A stretch of DNA of 63,827 nucleotides, filler included, from Choristocarpus tenellus KU-1152 (lineage: Eukaryota; Protista; Phaeophyceae), in NCBI GenBank assembly GCA_964200185.2. It is 6 parts of 6 records of this genome, joined end to end, with 100 filler letters (N's around TTAATTAATTAA, not from the genome) between each part and the next. Parts side by side here need not be neighbours in the genome. Positions count along the whole stretch, not along the records: positions 1 to 11,386 come from CAXNAD020002347.1; positions 11,487 to 19,535 come from CAXNAD020005225.1; 4 more parts are not named here. One strand, written 5' to 3'. The notes under the pieces are model-generated. The model saw only the letters and a program-made list of their open reading frames with translations. It searched no databases and was not told the origin of the DNA. This document shows, one piece after another, positions 1 to 13,829 of the stretch. A program made the translations under genes and the position numbers. Numbering within the stretch: position 1 is the first letter of the stretch; each line of letters starts with the position of its first letter.

Positions 1-86
1 CTGCTCACCCTTTATTTTTTACCCCGCCTCCCCCCCCCCCTCCCGCGCCAACATCCAATGGATTGACCATGCTGGTCTGGTTGCAG

Positions 87-3000
87 GCTGTGAAGTTGAG
101 GTCAGAGAAGAGTATATATGAGAAGATCTACCCAGACAGATTGGAGATGCTGGCAAAGATGGGTTTTGAGTGGGAATCGTACCTTGTCAGTGATGAATGG
201 GACCTGATCAGGATAGGTAAGCAATTAAAAAGGGCACTGAAGGGTATTTATTCATTGAATGGGAATCTTGGTTGAAGGGCTATAATCCTGGGGAGTTATC
301 TTAGAGCTTCTGAGCATGTCTGCATTGTGAAGGGGTAGCAGTTTTGTGTGCATGAGTGTGCATGTGTGAGACTTGAAGATGAGTAATGTTTTGTTTGAAG
401 ACTAGGCACTTGATGTTGCTGTTTCCTATTGCATATAGCCAGCGTGTCCCATGGAGAGGATGCCCTTGTTCTTAATGGACCTTTTTTACTGCCTTGTGAT
501 TTTAATGGTGATATGTGGAGTAGTTCTCCAGGCAAAATGCATTTCCTTGACCTGAACACACCTTCTACATACACAGATCCTGGTTGGGGTTACTGTATTT
601 GGGCCATGGAAATAGATTGTCAGGAACAACATTTTATAAGCCGCCGTATGGATTTTAATACCAAAATCCCCCCCAGCCAAGATCCTTTCACTTGCCATAC
701 AAAGCTGAGGGTGTCTTAACTGTGTATAAAAGTCAAAGTATCACTGTAGTTTTCTAATATTGAGAGTTGGAGGGTTGGCAGCTCTGTACATTGAGACTGA
801 GTCGCCTGAAAACCTGGGGTTGTGAAAAGTTGAGAGGCCGTATGTATTGTGCTGTGAGGAGGCAAGAAGCAGTAGTGCTGCCTTTTGCTGTTAGGGGGAA
901 GTGTTTCTATTTTTTATCTGTGAAAGTGCTGTGTAGTGTTGGCCACAATCTTGCTGTGTTTCCATTTTTTACTGGATTACTTTTTTTGTCGCTGTACACT
1001 GTACCTCAGAGAGTGTCATCTCTTTGTATTTTTCACTCCACCCAACCTATATTATTTTATATTTTATGCCTGTTCAACAAACAATACGTGTATTTCACCA
1101 TATATTATCCTATATTTTTACGCTTGTTCAACAAACAATATGTGTATTTCACCATATATTATCAGGCCTGGAATTGTTCAAGGATGTCTATGGCAACCTG
1201 CGGGTGCCGTCACTGTTTATCGTGCCAAAGGAGGAGCCATGGCCAAAAGATGTTTGGGGTCTCAGGCTTGGAAAGAGCGTGAGACAGATTCGCCAAACTG
1301 GTGAGTGGTATAGTGGTATAGCACAGACAGGAAGGGGTCGGAGCTTGTCTTGTCAGCCCTGTGGCATCAAAACTACATAGTGACAGTGTATCTTTCAGAG
1401 GTATTAATTCATGTGGTGGTACTTCTTGCTTGTTGTGTACTTACCAAAATGGAGGGACTGACAAGTGGATTCTGCAGTATGTGTACATAGCAATAGTAAG
1501 AGCAATAGTAATAGTAATAGTAATAGTAGCCTTCTGGGCGCAAGTACTACATAGACAATGGTATGTATAGTTAGGTCAAGTGTGGTTGTGGGCCATGATA
1601 TACAACAGTTAAAGCACAACTAAGAGGTGGTTACCTCAAATCAAACAAACATACATACATATATACATACATACATACATACATACATACATACATACAT
1701 ACATACATACATACGTACATACATACATACATACATACATACATACATACATACATGATCCTCACCATCCAAGGTAAATATTTCTCTTGGAATCGCCTGC
1801 GCTTCTCATGCATTTGATTGATCATCCGACGGATAAATGGGCTCTGGCAGTTTGTCAGGGGCAAACCAGTTGTAGTTTTGAGGTTCAAATCTGGTTTGAA
1901 CATTCTTACCTTTTTCCCCCCGTCATATTAGTTCCTTCTGCTTGTGTAGTGCTCTCCTGTGCGGTGACCTTAAAAGGCAATCTGAGTCTGTTGTGGCTGT
2001 ATTGTGTAAGAAATGTCGTGTGCCACTCCCCCTTTGTGCCAAAATAGATTTTTCCTCTTGTGTACAAAAGCAGAAAATGAGGTTCTGCACTAGAAGTTGT
2101 TACCCTGAGTAGGATTTTTTTTCAATCTTATTTTTTACCAGAGAGTGCTTTGAGTTGAAATATTCACATTAAGTAGCAGTCAGTGTTCAAGGGACTTGAT
2201 GTTGATAATAATTTGATGTTTATACTACTTTGATTCTGGTACGTATCAATGTTGGTGAGTGTTGAGATGTCTTTATATTTTTGACCTGTGATTTTGATTT
2301 CTTTTTCTCATGTGGGGTCAGAACAACATAGTGTTGTGTTTCTCCTGAGACTGTGACTGCTGTTTCACGTATCACCTCTCCAAAACGTCTTACAAAGCAC
2401 TTCTTTCCCCTTCTTCAAATCCCCCACCTCCCCTCTCTCCTCTCCCCCCTCCTCCCCAAGCAAGGACACCATGTGGGTGCATAGAAGGTACTTCACACTG
2501 ATATTTGATATTTGATAACTCTCACCTGTCCTCCCATTCTGACAAATTCATCGCATGGTTAGATTTATTTTTATTTATTTTTTGTGCCATGTGTTTCTTA
2601 ATTGGTTCTCGTGGTGGTATTTGTTAGGGCGATTTGTGGGGGACTCTGCTGAGCGCAGGGCTGTGCTAAACAAGCTAGGCTTTGAGTGGCGCCTAAGGAT
2701 AGCACCTGGTGAAGACACCTTGAGTGACCAGGAGTTTGAAGCAACTTGTGCGGCTTTGGAGGTGTGCTTTGTTGCAGTAGTGCTTGACGGTGACTGAAGG
2801 GTTGTTGGTTGTTGATTGTTGATTTTGGTTGTTGATTGTGGTGAGAGTGTGAGGGGATGAGAGGAAGATATGGAAAGAAGATATGAAAAGAAGATAGATG
2901 TTTTGTTTTTTGCTGTTGTAGTGTAGTTGGCATTAGAACCATTGATCGTTGCCATGACTACTTGTGGTCTGCAAATTCGTTGACATTGGAAATGGGAAGA

Positions 3001-6000
3001 GCACCCATTACAAATTGTAATGCAACACTATCATGGATGTGTTGACCTTGGGCACCTGTCAATGTGTGGCCCTCACTAACACCATCATGTTGCTTTGTGT
3101 TGTGTGCCTGTGTGTGTGCAATGTGAGGAGATGTACATGGACCAGAGCGAAGGGGATGAAATGGAAGTGCCACCAAATTTCATGGTGCCCTCATCCGCCC
3201 CATGGCCTGCCAAGTTGAGGGGGATGCCTCTGGGGTCACGGCTACGGTCCCTAAAGTCTTCGCTAGGGGTAAGTGATGTTATGTCTGTCAAGGTGATGTT
3301 TGAATGGTGTATTTGTCAGATGTTGAAGATGATCTCTTGCTGTGTACCATGTGTGTGTTAGTTGGATGTGTTGATCGTTGGATGTATCTGTTGCTGATGT
3401 TAATAGTGCAGTGTCAAGCCTATCATCTGTGTCCTGTCCCTTGCCCACCCACCCCTGTCCTGATTACAGACATCGAGTTCAGTTAAGACCCAAAAGGACA
3501 AAGAATGGGCTAAGCGGCTAACGGATATGGGTATTGATCTTCGCCCTCCCACAAGTGCTAAGCCAGCGCCAGAAACTAGTGTGAAGAAGTTTGACAAGGT
3601 AAGGGTAAGGGTAAGGTAAGGGTATGTTCCATCATCATTCAGTTTTGTGTTAGTTTTGTGTTGGTTCTCTCACACCCCACCCCCTCACTCGTGCTCTCTA
3701 CCCCTGTGATACGTTTGTGGAGGTTTCAAGGGAGTTGTATTTTGTGTGTATGGGTCGTGTCCCATCAAAGAAAGTCACTGGAAGTTACTGTACGGCGTAC
3801 CAAAGAAAGGGTTAGGGTTGTATTGTTGTAGTGCAATTTCTATCATGTTGTGAAACAAGTTGTCCATTGTGAGGCACAACAGGGACTTTCACATATCCAG
3901 GTGAACAACCTTGCCGTGCCTTTGAAAAGGGGTGTTCAATACCATTCAGTGTTCTTATTCACCACTACTCTATTCAGAGTTCTTATGTCAACCTGTCCCA
4001 TATTTTTCTCAGAATAATTTATCTTGAGTCCCTGTTTTCAGTTGTTTTCAATCATGATGAAAAGACGATGGTCAAATAGTCCCTAAAAGGCAAGCAAACT
4101 GTACCCAGACACCATGTGATTCAAAAAATAAACTACTGTGTTAAAAACATCCTCAAGTACAGTACCAACTTCAGGGCTGTGACAGGGGTAGATAGTGGCA
4201 GATGGTGGCAGCCAGAGGGAAGTCGATAAATTCTGTAGTTGCAGGCTGTTCAGTTCAGTTCAATTCAACTCAATTGATGACAGATGCGCAGGGGAACCCG
4301 GGTCAGATGGTGACCTGGGTCCTTGCTCATGCATAGACTGCCTCCTGAGTGGTGATAGTACTGTACTGCTTGCAACAGAGTGGTATAATTTAATCAAATA
4401 TTTGTATTTGTACCTGTTAGTTGCAATAGTATGTTAATATCCCTCTATCTCCCTTACAGTTTTTATTTCAAGTAGCGAGTCTTTTCTTGCACTTTTTATA
4501 CATAAATACATACATACATATATACATTTATTTCCAGGTATTCTCAGCTCTGTTCTGGTACAAGGAAGTCTATGGTAACCTTCATGTCCCCATCCGTTTC
4601 ATTGTACCACCGGAGGCACCCTGGCCTGAGAATACTTGGGGTTTAAAGCTGGGAAGCAGTGTCAACAACATTCGCCATCAGGTGATAACAGTGTAACATT
4701 GATAGCCTTGTAGAATTGATAACATTGTTGATACCATAACCTTTTTCAAGAAACGTAGAGTGAAGGATACTTGTATGGCGCCCCTGTTGCTGTGTCTGTC
4801 TTAATTCTATTCCCAATTGACATTATTGCAGTCGTCAGTACAAGCATGTATCCCCCTCAGGTACAACCACTACTTGTTTTCATCTTCCTGATGGTGGTAA
4901 ATATTGGAATGGAATCATCAAACGTACAATGGAGACATATTGGTATTTATGTTCAATAGTGCATGGGCAAGCTCCTTGGTGTGTGTTCAAGGGGTTGTTA
5001 CAAACATTGATGACATGTTGGTTCTGCTGTTTCATTGATATTTTTTGTTTATTTTTTTCAGGGTTCGTATGTTAATGGACATCCAGAACGAAAAGAGAAG
5101 CTGGACTCACTACAGTTCCTCTGGAAGGTGCGGCAAAGAGTTACATTATAATATTTCGGGTGATAATAATTTATGATAATGTTGGTAATCATAGTAATCT
5201 ATGATAATGTTGGTTGTGATAATAATGTATGGTAATATTGGTTGTGATAATGTATGATATTGGTAATCATAGTAATGTATGGTAATAGTGGTCGTGATCA
5301 AAACAACAACAGTGGTGTACACGGTGCCAAATGGAGTCTTTAGACCAATGAAAGAACCCTGTGTATTACATTCAGCCAATAGGGTGCTTGCCTTGTACAA
5401 CCCCCTACCTCTACACCACCCAAGCAGATCAGAGCTTGAAGGTCAATTTTGACACTTTATTGGCAAGAGGCATAATACAAGATGGTTTCACCTATACCTT
5501 GTCCAACAACTGCATGAATGGTGTAAGACATGTAACTTACCCTACCTGGGAAGTATGCTCCCACAATCTACCTCAGGTAGCATGCTCAATACAAACCAGT
5601 TGCAGTACCTCACTAAACAATAACCCTCCCCTGTACCTTGGTTCCCCTTGAACTAAAGAGTCCTGATGGTCTCAAACCTCATGGCAAACCTCCAGAAGAA
5701 GAATTGTCAGCAAACACTGCCGCATCAAGGGAATGGGGTATGCCAGATAGGTTGGGAGCAGTTGACATGGGTGTTACAAATGGTCTCACCAAGAATGAAA
5801 ATGCCCAAAAGGTATACTGTACCTTTTTATACTGTACTACATATGAAATGGTGAACTGTAAGGGTTGTCTTTTTTTTGTATAAAATGCACTTTTCTGATA
5901 TGATACTTATGAGTATAGAGTGTCACCTGATCGTGTATATTTTTGATACTCTAGGGTTAGGGCATGGCATGGTTGTTGCTTGTTGCTGCAGTTTTTGTGT

Positions 6001-9000
6001 TGATGAATAATACCAGTTCATCATATTTCTATCTTTTATATTTATAGCATGACAAGAGGCCAAGTAGAGTGTCCGTAGAAGAATGGCGTTTGTTGACATA
6101 TCTTGACATATCTTTGTTGACCAGCAAACAGGATTTATTTGTAGTGAACTAGAAATGAACAGAAGGCAAGATTGCTACCAAACAGGTATACCTTCTTCAT
6201 GACTAATCTATACCTCCCCAGAATCCCTTAAGGGTAACCCATCTTATTTGTATCCCTGTCTCTTGTACCCCTCGCTGTGTATATCCGTTTTGGAATGTGC
6301 TGGTGGTGTGCTTGCTATGTGATTTGCACTGGCTCTAAATGAATGTTGGTCATTTATGTGACTATACTATCTCATCACACACTCTTTATGTTACATTATG
6401 TTATGGTATGATATGGGGTATGGCATGGTAGCGGATCATGGCGTTGTTTAAGCCATCAGGAAAACGTCCATTGCCGGATGTGGAAACTGTAGTGGACTAT
6501 TGCATGCCTCATGAGAAAGAGATGGATTTGGAGGAGAACCAGCTGTCAGAGGAAGATGCTGAAGAGTACAGGGAACAGGCTACACTCATGTCCAAGGTGA
6601 TGAGAGGCGTTTGTGATTGTAATGCACTGCGACTACTCCTTGTCACAAGTTTGTCAATACGGATAGTTGTGTTATTGGTAGATTTGATGAGGAGTGCATT
6701 CTAATGTTGATACTGTATTTATATTATATATATGTATGTATATATTTAAAAATTCATTGAAGGTGTTGAAGGTGTTGGTGTTTGTTGTAGCAATATTAAT
6801 TCTTAGGTTGGATACCCTTTACAAGGATACCCTCAATAAGCACTGCACTGCACCCATACCATGATTCAATTGGTGACATAATTCCTTTGTTGGAGGACAT
6901 CACTTGCACCCATTTTAATACCCTCATTAACTAGTTTTTGTGTTATTTCCATATTCACAATTTGATGTGTGTAGTGAGATCGCCTTTGTCCTATGTGAAT
7001 GGTTATGTGGCACTGGGTTAGGGTTAGGGTTAGGGTTAGGGTTAGCAAGTGCATTGCTGTACTCTCAACAGTTCTCGTAGTGTACCCTCATGAGTACGTT
7101 ATACCCTTCTTTGTACTGAAGCATACTGCTATCTATGCCATGTCCCACACCAGACTGTGTATCTGTCTCGATTTCTGGTATATTGATGAATGATTCTTGT
7201 GTATGTTGGTACAATTGTTCCTAATATATGTGAAGGCGGTTTTGGAGGCGATGGCAGAGGAGCCCCTTTGGATGCTCAATACCACATCTAGTGATGGCGT
7301 GGACTTTGGAGACCTGGCCATTCCAGAGGTAGGAATGCTGGGGAAGGAACAAAATGGTTTGTGTATGTTTACATTGTGTGCTGAAGCAGAGCCGTTAACT
7401 TCAATGTACTAAAATTTGCTAGAGGAATGTTTTGTGTGAAGGTAATAAACTTGCTTCCATATTGAAGGTAGTTTCCTCTGTGAGTTGAACTTGAGAATCT
7501 GCTTGGAAGCAAACTATGCCCTATACCCTCATGCAGCATTTGCAAGCCTTCGTCATGACACAGATAACCCTAACCCTAAGTACCCAGTATGGTACGAGTC
7601 GATGGTACTTTTCAAATGTATCTTTGTACTATTGTTGGCAGTGAACTTGGAACTTTCAAATGCATCTTTTTGTAGTCCTTGACTCATCCCAACTCCCAAC
7701 CCCGAAACTGATTTTCTCATCAATCATCAATCAGTTATCTATACAGGTGGCAGTAGATCTGTACCCCTGTCACCCCACTTGCCCTGGTCTGGCCTGGAAT
7801 GATATGAGACGGCATGAGTGTTGCGTATAATACTATGTCATTTGCTGTACATTGTCAGGTTGACCCAGAAGAAGGTCCTCCACTGCCATGGGCGGAAGGG
7901 CCAGAGAGGCATTGGCCAAAGGAAAGTCAACACACTGCGGCATCTAAGCTAATACCAAAGCTAGGGAGGAATGCTTGTGGGAGTGGTTATGTGCCTGTAC
8001 CAATTGTTGGTCGCCTTGGGTCGCCTGAAACTGTAATGCCTGGGGTGCTGCCACCTGAGTACTTTGATCCAGAAATGTGGGTACCGACACTAGGTAGTGT
8101 AAGGGTTGCAATTCCTTCAATACCAATCTAGCAAAGGAAGCTTAGAAAGTGCAGTAGAAATACATTTTGATGTGATGGGTGCTTGGCAATATGTTGAAAT
8201 GCATACCTATGCTGCTCCAGTTCCCCAATTTAATGAATGTAATATTATAAAATCAAAATTGTGTGCCAAGAGGTGTTTATCTGTCATATGTAGTTTTTCC
8301 AGCTTTTCAGTCCATGGCCTGTTACGTTACTCATGTGCTGTTTGTGGTAAGAGAAATTCTTCCCCTTGCACCAATGATTCTTACCCTTTCTTTCTGTTTT
8401 TCCAGGTTATTCTTACAGTTTCAATTCCCATCCCATTTGTGCACTCTATACCTACCGCCATGTACCTGCCGCCCCACCAATCCAACTACACATCCTTGGT
8501 TCTTTGTTGTTAGATAGATTACATCCCAAACATCATACACACATCATGTAAGGAGTATGTTTATTACCATTCTGTTGTAGTGTAGTACACAAGCATCAAA
8601 CTAGTATGTTCAGAAGGTATCTGCCCACACCGGCTCGAAGAATTTTCCGATTTCCATTCTTCGACTTACAATTGCAATGTAAGTGTTCTTTGATCATTGC
8701 TGCGCTTGGTTCTTGGTTACTGGTCACTTCTCAGGCCTCTCCCGGCATTTGGGGAGAAGCCTATTGTGGACAGGGCAAAGGGGAGGCGACTAGGGCGAGG
8801 GCAGCACACGGTGAGCACCCTGGATAGGGTTAGAGTTATCTGCTTTATAACACTTATTCATTGAATTTGTTTGCTGCTGATCTATCTGCATGCCTACAAT
8901 TAATGGACTATAATCCATTGCTGGAATAAGGAATGCCTTCCATGGTGTGATATACTGTGAAGTTCAAGGTGCGTAAGAGCTCTGGTTTTGCAGAAATGAT

Positions 9001-11173
9001 AGCAATGTAAGATGTGATGATGTGGTGAATCAAATGTCCTCTTATGATAGTTGAGCATCAGAATGGATCTAGGGTGGATGTTCTAGGGATACATATGATG
9101 CATGTGTATGACTAGGTATGATGTATGGTGAATGAATTGCATAAAAAAGAAAAAAGATACCGAGGTCATAGTGCAGGCTGTCTTACATGGATACCTGAAG
9201 TATCCAAGATTCAAAACAAGAGAGTTTGTGCAACTGATCAGTGTGTTTTTACTTGTATTGTGCCATCCCAGTATTTTAGCTCGGGGTGTACCAAGAGTAT
9301 TGTCAATGATGTGTAACTGTGTGTGTATGTTATGTAGTAGAGTCGAGTGGTAAGTCTGTGCAATAGTTCTATCTTAGTATTTAGAGTACTGCTTGAGAGC
9401 CCAACCAAATGCCCAGCGAATATTTGTTGCACTACTTTTCAGTAAATCGCTCACAATCTACTACTGGACTACATAGTGTATAGTAAATGTTACTCACCTG
9501 GAAAGTTTATGCATGTTTGGGTATGAGATACAAAGTTGGCTAGTTGAAGTGGGCACTCAGATTTGCAGATCTTCTTAAAGAGTCTGCATTAAAGAGTCAA
9601 AGAGATGAACCGTATCATACTAACAATTGAATGTGGTTGAGCATCTGAGAGAAGGAGAGGAGGACTCAGCAACGACAGACCGTATCATACTAAACAAAGT
9701 GTTTCAAGTTGTATTTTTAAACCCTAACCCTAAACCTGTCTACAATGTACCACCTCAGTCATTGGCGGGGATATCGTGGGCAAGGGATGAAGATGCTGAG
9801 ATTATCAAGGAGTATGGTTTTTATGATGATGAGTTCGCCGGTGGGTACTCCTGGAATGAGGTGTTTCCATCAATTATTCACTACACCAAGCTCTATGGAG
9901 ATGAGAATTTTCCAGGCCCTACCTTCAAGGTGAGATAAGTGCATGTATAGTATTTTTGGTAAGTAGTTCATTGTCACAGCTATCATCTGTTCATAAGGTT
10001 CACCGGTTGTTGTTACCACCCGGAACCTGGTATCATGCCTCTGTGAAGGGAGTGTGCTGGTTGGATAGTTGGGTAGAGGTTGAAGAATGGTGATTAGACT
10101 GTTGAAAGTTGTACTGGAGCTGGATTTAACGGAGCATAACCTTTACTGTGAAATGCACTTTATATATATGTATATACAGATACTTTCCTCTCTCAAACCG
10201 ACACATACAGTATCACATACAGTATCAGAGTTGGTTCCCAATGCGTTGAGAACATTTTGTTGACAAGATTGCACCAAGGCAAACTTCCTGAAATAACATA
10301 GCTAGTACAAGTAGGGCATGTGTGTAGACACATAAGTCACCCTCACCCTCACCCCCATCCTTTATCTTTTTGCATGATGTTAAAGATCCCAAACAACGAT
10401 GATTGGCCTCATGAAGTGGCTGGGATGCCGCTGGGAGGTTTTGTACATGCAATAAAACAAGGAGATATTCATGCCTATCATGTGAGTTCTGTGCAGTTGT
10501 TGCTTTTTTGTGGTGGGTTAGTTACGTGCACAGTGGATGATGGTAAAAGAATACAGAGGTTTCAGGCACAGCTTGAACTAGAGTCAGCTGTTGGGTACCA
10601 AGAATGGATTGGGGGTGGGTTGGTACTGGTATTGGGAATGAAATGAACTTGACATATGCCAGGTAGGTATTTGTTGTGATGTGTAGGCTGTAAATGTGAG
10701 ATAGTATGTTTAATGATTGAGATAGTATGTTTGCCGTGTGGTGTAACTGTGAAATTGTCCATGGTGGATGAAGGTGTTACGCTAGTGTTGAATTAATGCC
10801 ACAGGACCTTTTTTCACTCCAATTCCATTTGTCAGTGGATATCCGGTGTGATGTGATGAATGTTTCAGTGGTTAGTAGATATCAATGTCTATTAACAGGC
10901 TATTTCTCGGAGGTCTATTAAATATTTGCATTCCTACAATTGTGTGATATGTCTTCTTGTACATATTGCATATTAACATGCACCATCAACCATGTTTGCT
11001 GCTATACACTCTCTCTGTACTACATACTGCACATAATGTGTTTATTCTGTTGCCCTCTTTCTTAGCATGAGGATCGCAGAAAGCAGTTGGATGGCATCAA
11101 CTTTGACTGGGGAAGTATGCCCAAGCCACTCTTCCAATGGACTGAGATCTTCATCCAATTGCATGCCATCTAT
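87..11173 (+). CDS. Multi-exon helicase-associated (HA, PF03457-like) repeat protein, partial at both ends
   Basis: GT-AG exons: 87-216, 1166-1300, 2628-2761, 3131-3268, 3470-3598, 4538-4681, 5062-5127, (6048-?, uncertain), 6432-6596, 7236-7328, 7859-~8093, 8735-8810, 9759-9929, 10386-10481, 11066-11173. They encode repeated units such as ALFWYKEVYGNLHVPIRFIVPPEAPWPENTWGLKLGSSVNNIRHQGSYVNGHPERKEKLDSLQFLW, matching the HA-repeat pattern (YGxLxVP...WP...LG..V..IR...LxxLGFxW). The joins around 6048 and 8093-8735 are unresolved. Confidence 0.85.
1058..1165 (+). repeat. Imperfect ~54-bp tandem duplication at an intron 3' end
   Basis: tgttcaacaaacaata(c/t)gtgtatttcaccatatattatc occurs twice. Only the second copy ends in the CAG acceptor at 1163-1165. 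Confidence 0.85.
1650..1756. repeat. (CATA)n microsatellite
   Basis: Directly visible intronic run; it produces the spurious MYVC-repeat ORF at 1631-1903. Confidence 0.95.
7016..7045 (+). repeat. Interstitial telomere-like (TTAGGG)n tract
   Basis: gggttagggttagggttagggttagggttag in an intron. Similar tracts at ~48217-48231, ~54200-54229 and ~55206-55235; CCCTAA-strand tracts at ~7567, ~9720, ~45397 and ~57572-57602. Confidence 0.85.
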
Positions 11174-11386
11174 GTGAGTAGATCATTTAATGAAGTTTAT
11201 CTCACAGAGCAGGCAATGGTTGCTTCCCTAGACACGTCTTTTGATCAATTCATTTAGAACTAATGTATACATGGTATGGATTAATACATGCGTAGAGTAT
11301 CTTCGTATGACTTGGACTCAGCTAAAGACATCCCCCCCCCCCCCCCCCCACCCCCCCCACCCACCACCTCCCACCCACACCCACCC

Positions 11387-11486
11387 NNNNNNNNNNNNNN
11401 NNNNNNNNNNNNNNNNNNNNNNNNNNNNNNTTAATTAATTAANNNNNNNNNNNNNNNNNNNNNNNNNNNNNNNNNNNNNNNNNNNN
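11387..11486. other. Artificial contig linker (N44-TTAATTAATTAA-N44)
   Basis: Exactly 100 bp with an all-frame stop cassette; identical linker recurs five times. Confidence 0.98.
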
Positions 11487-11566
11487 CCACCTTGCTTTGT
11501 AAATTGGCACCTGTGCTGACTCAAAGGCTCTCCCGCCCCATCAACAAATGACTGCTTTTACGCCAG

Positions 11567-13416
11567 TTTGACCCCGAGGCAGAGGCAAAGACGGTTGAGG
11601 TAGATGCCATCCCGGAAGAGTGGATGGGTCTGGATGTTGGACCGAAGACTGTTTCAACTTTCCAGGCTGCCCTGGCACCATGCAAGACTATTGTGAGTGC
11701 ACACAAGCACATGTTTCAGGGTTACACTCGTTTGTGCTTTTTCCACAACTGAACATGTAGAGTATTTGTGTGCCTAGAAGTGCTGTCTTAAGGCATAGCT
11801 ACTGCCGTTGTAGGTGTGGTTCCCTATCTGTTGCCCATATTTATGCTTTGCCGGTGAAGGAGATGCTCTACCCATTTCCTCTTGCGAGCTTATTTTGAGA
11901 CATTTCTATTTGTGGGTTGCATTGGATGTGTCTAAAGGTGAATAACCTGTAGCTATTGTGAGGTAAATTGAGGTTACACTGTACATTGACGTGAAGCTAT
12001 CTTATTTGACTGGGATACTAACACTTTGTAGTTGATATATTTCAAATTTCTGTACAGGTACAGTGACCGCCTTAAACGTTGTACCTATACTTCCTTCCCG
12101 TACAAGTGGAAGGTAATTATTGGGAGTTTCCAGGTTTTTGGCTTGGGGGGGCAAAAGTGCAGTATTTAAACAGATACATCTCTATATATATTAAATATCA
12201 ATATATCTTTTTCTAAACTTGTGGTTTTGTTTGATAAATAATATGTGTAAGTGGTACCAGGACTATAGAACAGTAATATAAAAGTGTTGAAATGTTAAAA
12301 AAAAGAAAAGCAACCTCCACAATTTTGCCCTGGTAGCCTCTAGAATCCCTAGAAGGCACTGGTTAGAACCCCCCTCTCCTTTCTCTCCCCATGGGCTCAC
12401 TCACCCACTGTGCCTTGCTGCACTGTTGCTCACCCTGAGGAAAGGTGTGGAATGGCCCCATGGGTGTGTTTGAGTTTGACAAGTTTGCCGCTGGAACTCT
12501 GGCTGTTGCAGAATGCCTAGCTGACCTTACAGGGAAAGGGTCGATCACCATCATTGGGGGTGGGGACTCGGTGAGTGGTAGAATTTTTTGGTTTTAGCTT
12601 ACTGTCTACAGAGTTTCTAGTGTTTTTCCAACTGGTGACAAGAGTAGGTAGCTTGGTGCGCGGGGGGGGGGGAGAGGAGAGGGGGGTCATGACTGCAATA
12701 ATTAATAATGGTTTGTTATGCTAGGAAACCTCCAAGTCTTTTAATTGTTGGATGATAGTTTGGCACACTTCTTACATTGTATTGCTTCAACTGTAGGTAT
12801 GCCAGTTGATATGATTTGTGTCTGATTCTGCAAATGGCACAACAGAATAGTACTGGCTCTTTTTATGTGTTTCAGAGGGGAATCACGTGTTTGACCGGTG
12901 TACCACAATGATCATTCATCTTCTCTTGTAGGGTAGGAGGGGGGGGGTTGATAAGGTAAGGTGCGTTTTGATATTTCCTAGCATGTTGTGAGCTCAACGT
13001 AAAATTCCAGAGATGAAAATTGGGTACAATAATGGCAAGATTTCTTTTCAATGCGTTTCATATCCTCAAATATTTCCACTTCCATGTTATCATAGTACCA
13101 CCTCCAACCCTATAATCTGAGTCCTTCCAAGTTGAGTATGAGTGACTCTTGTAGTTCCTGCATGGAGTCACCTCCCCATGACTAGCGTGAATACGATCAT
13201 CTGCTCACCGCCGTCGATATGAAGTTGCCCAAACTGTTGCATCACTGCGCCTTTCAACCACCTTTTTTTTGTTTTGCTCACTAGGTGGCGGCTGTGGAGA
13301 AGGCTGGCCTGGCTGATCAAATGTCTCACATCTCTACAGGGGGTGGGGCTAGCCTTGAACTCCTGGAGGGTAAGGCTCTTCCCGGTGTGGAGGCCATTGA
13401 GGAGAAGGCTGCTTGA
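11567..13416 (+). CDS. PGK: Phosphoglycerate kinase, last three exons (5' part beyond contig edge)
   Basis: Exons 11567-11692, 12445-12570 and 13285-13416 give [28 protein letters not shown]...[21 protein letters not shown]...[50 protein letters not shown]. These are diagnostic PGK C-terminal motifs, resembling the plastid/cyanobacterial type. Confidence 0.97.
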
Positions 13417-13829
13417 GGAGACTTTGCATGGTTCGTAGAGAAAGGGACCACTTGTTAGTTAAATAATGCCAACAGTGTGCAACTCCTAGTCAAAAAGTGA
13501 TGGTTCATTTTGCTGAATATAGGTTTTTTGGCTTGCCAGCGTGTTGTTGTACTGGGAGGGGGGGGGGGGGGGTGGGGGGGGGGGAATATGGTGAGTGCGG
13601 TATGTGTTATATTTTGCACCTGCATTGNNNNNNNNNNTTGTGGGTGGGGGGATTGGTGGGGGGTGCGTGGTGGGGGGGTGGTGGGGGGGGGTGTGGGAGA
13701 ATATCGTGAGTGCGGTATGTGTTATCATTTGCCACTGCATTGAGGTGAAGGCTGAAGCTGGAGTTTTATTAGTTTGCATGATATGGGAACCTCCTACACA
13801 CTCTGCAGTATATTTTTTCCCTCTTTGTT

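Noticed and set aside
1631-1903. Low-complexity ORFs (MYVC repeat here; poly-KL at 32886, poly-T/Y near 17400, NPNPNP at 54200)
   Set aside because: Translations of microsatellites or telomere-like tracts in introns.
13584-13745. Duplicated ~45-bp segment flanked by poly-G around a 10-N gap
   Set aside because: Most simply an unmerged low-quality overlap across a G homopolymer at a scaffold gap.
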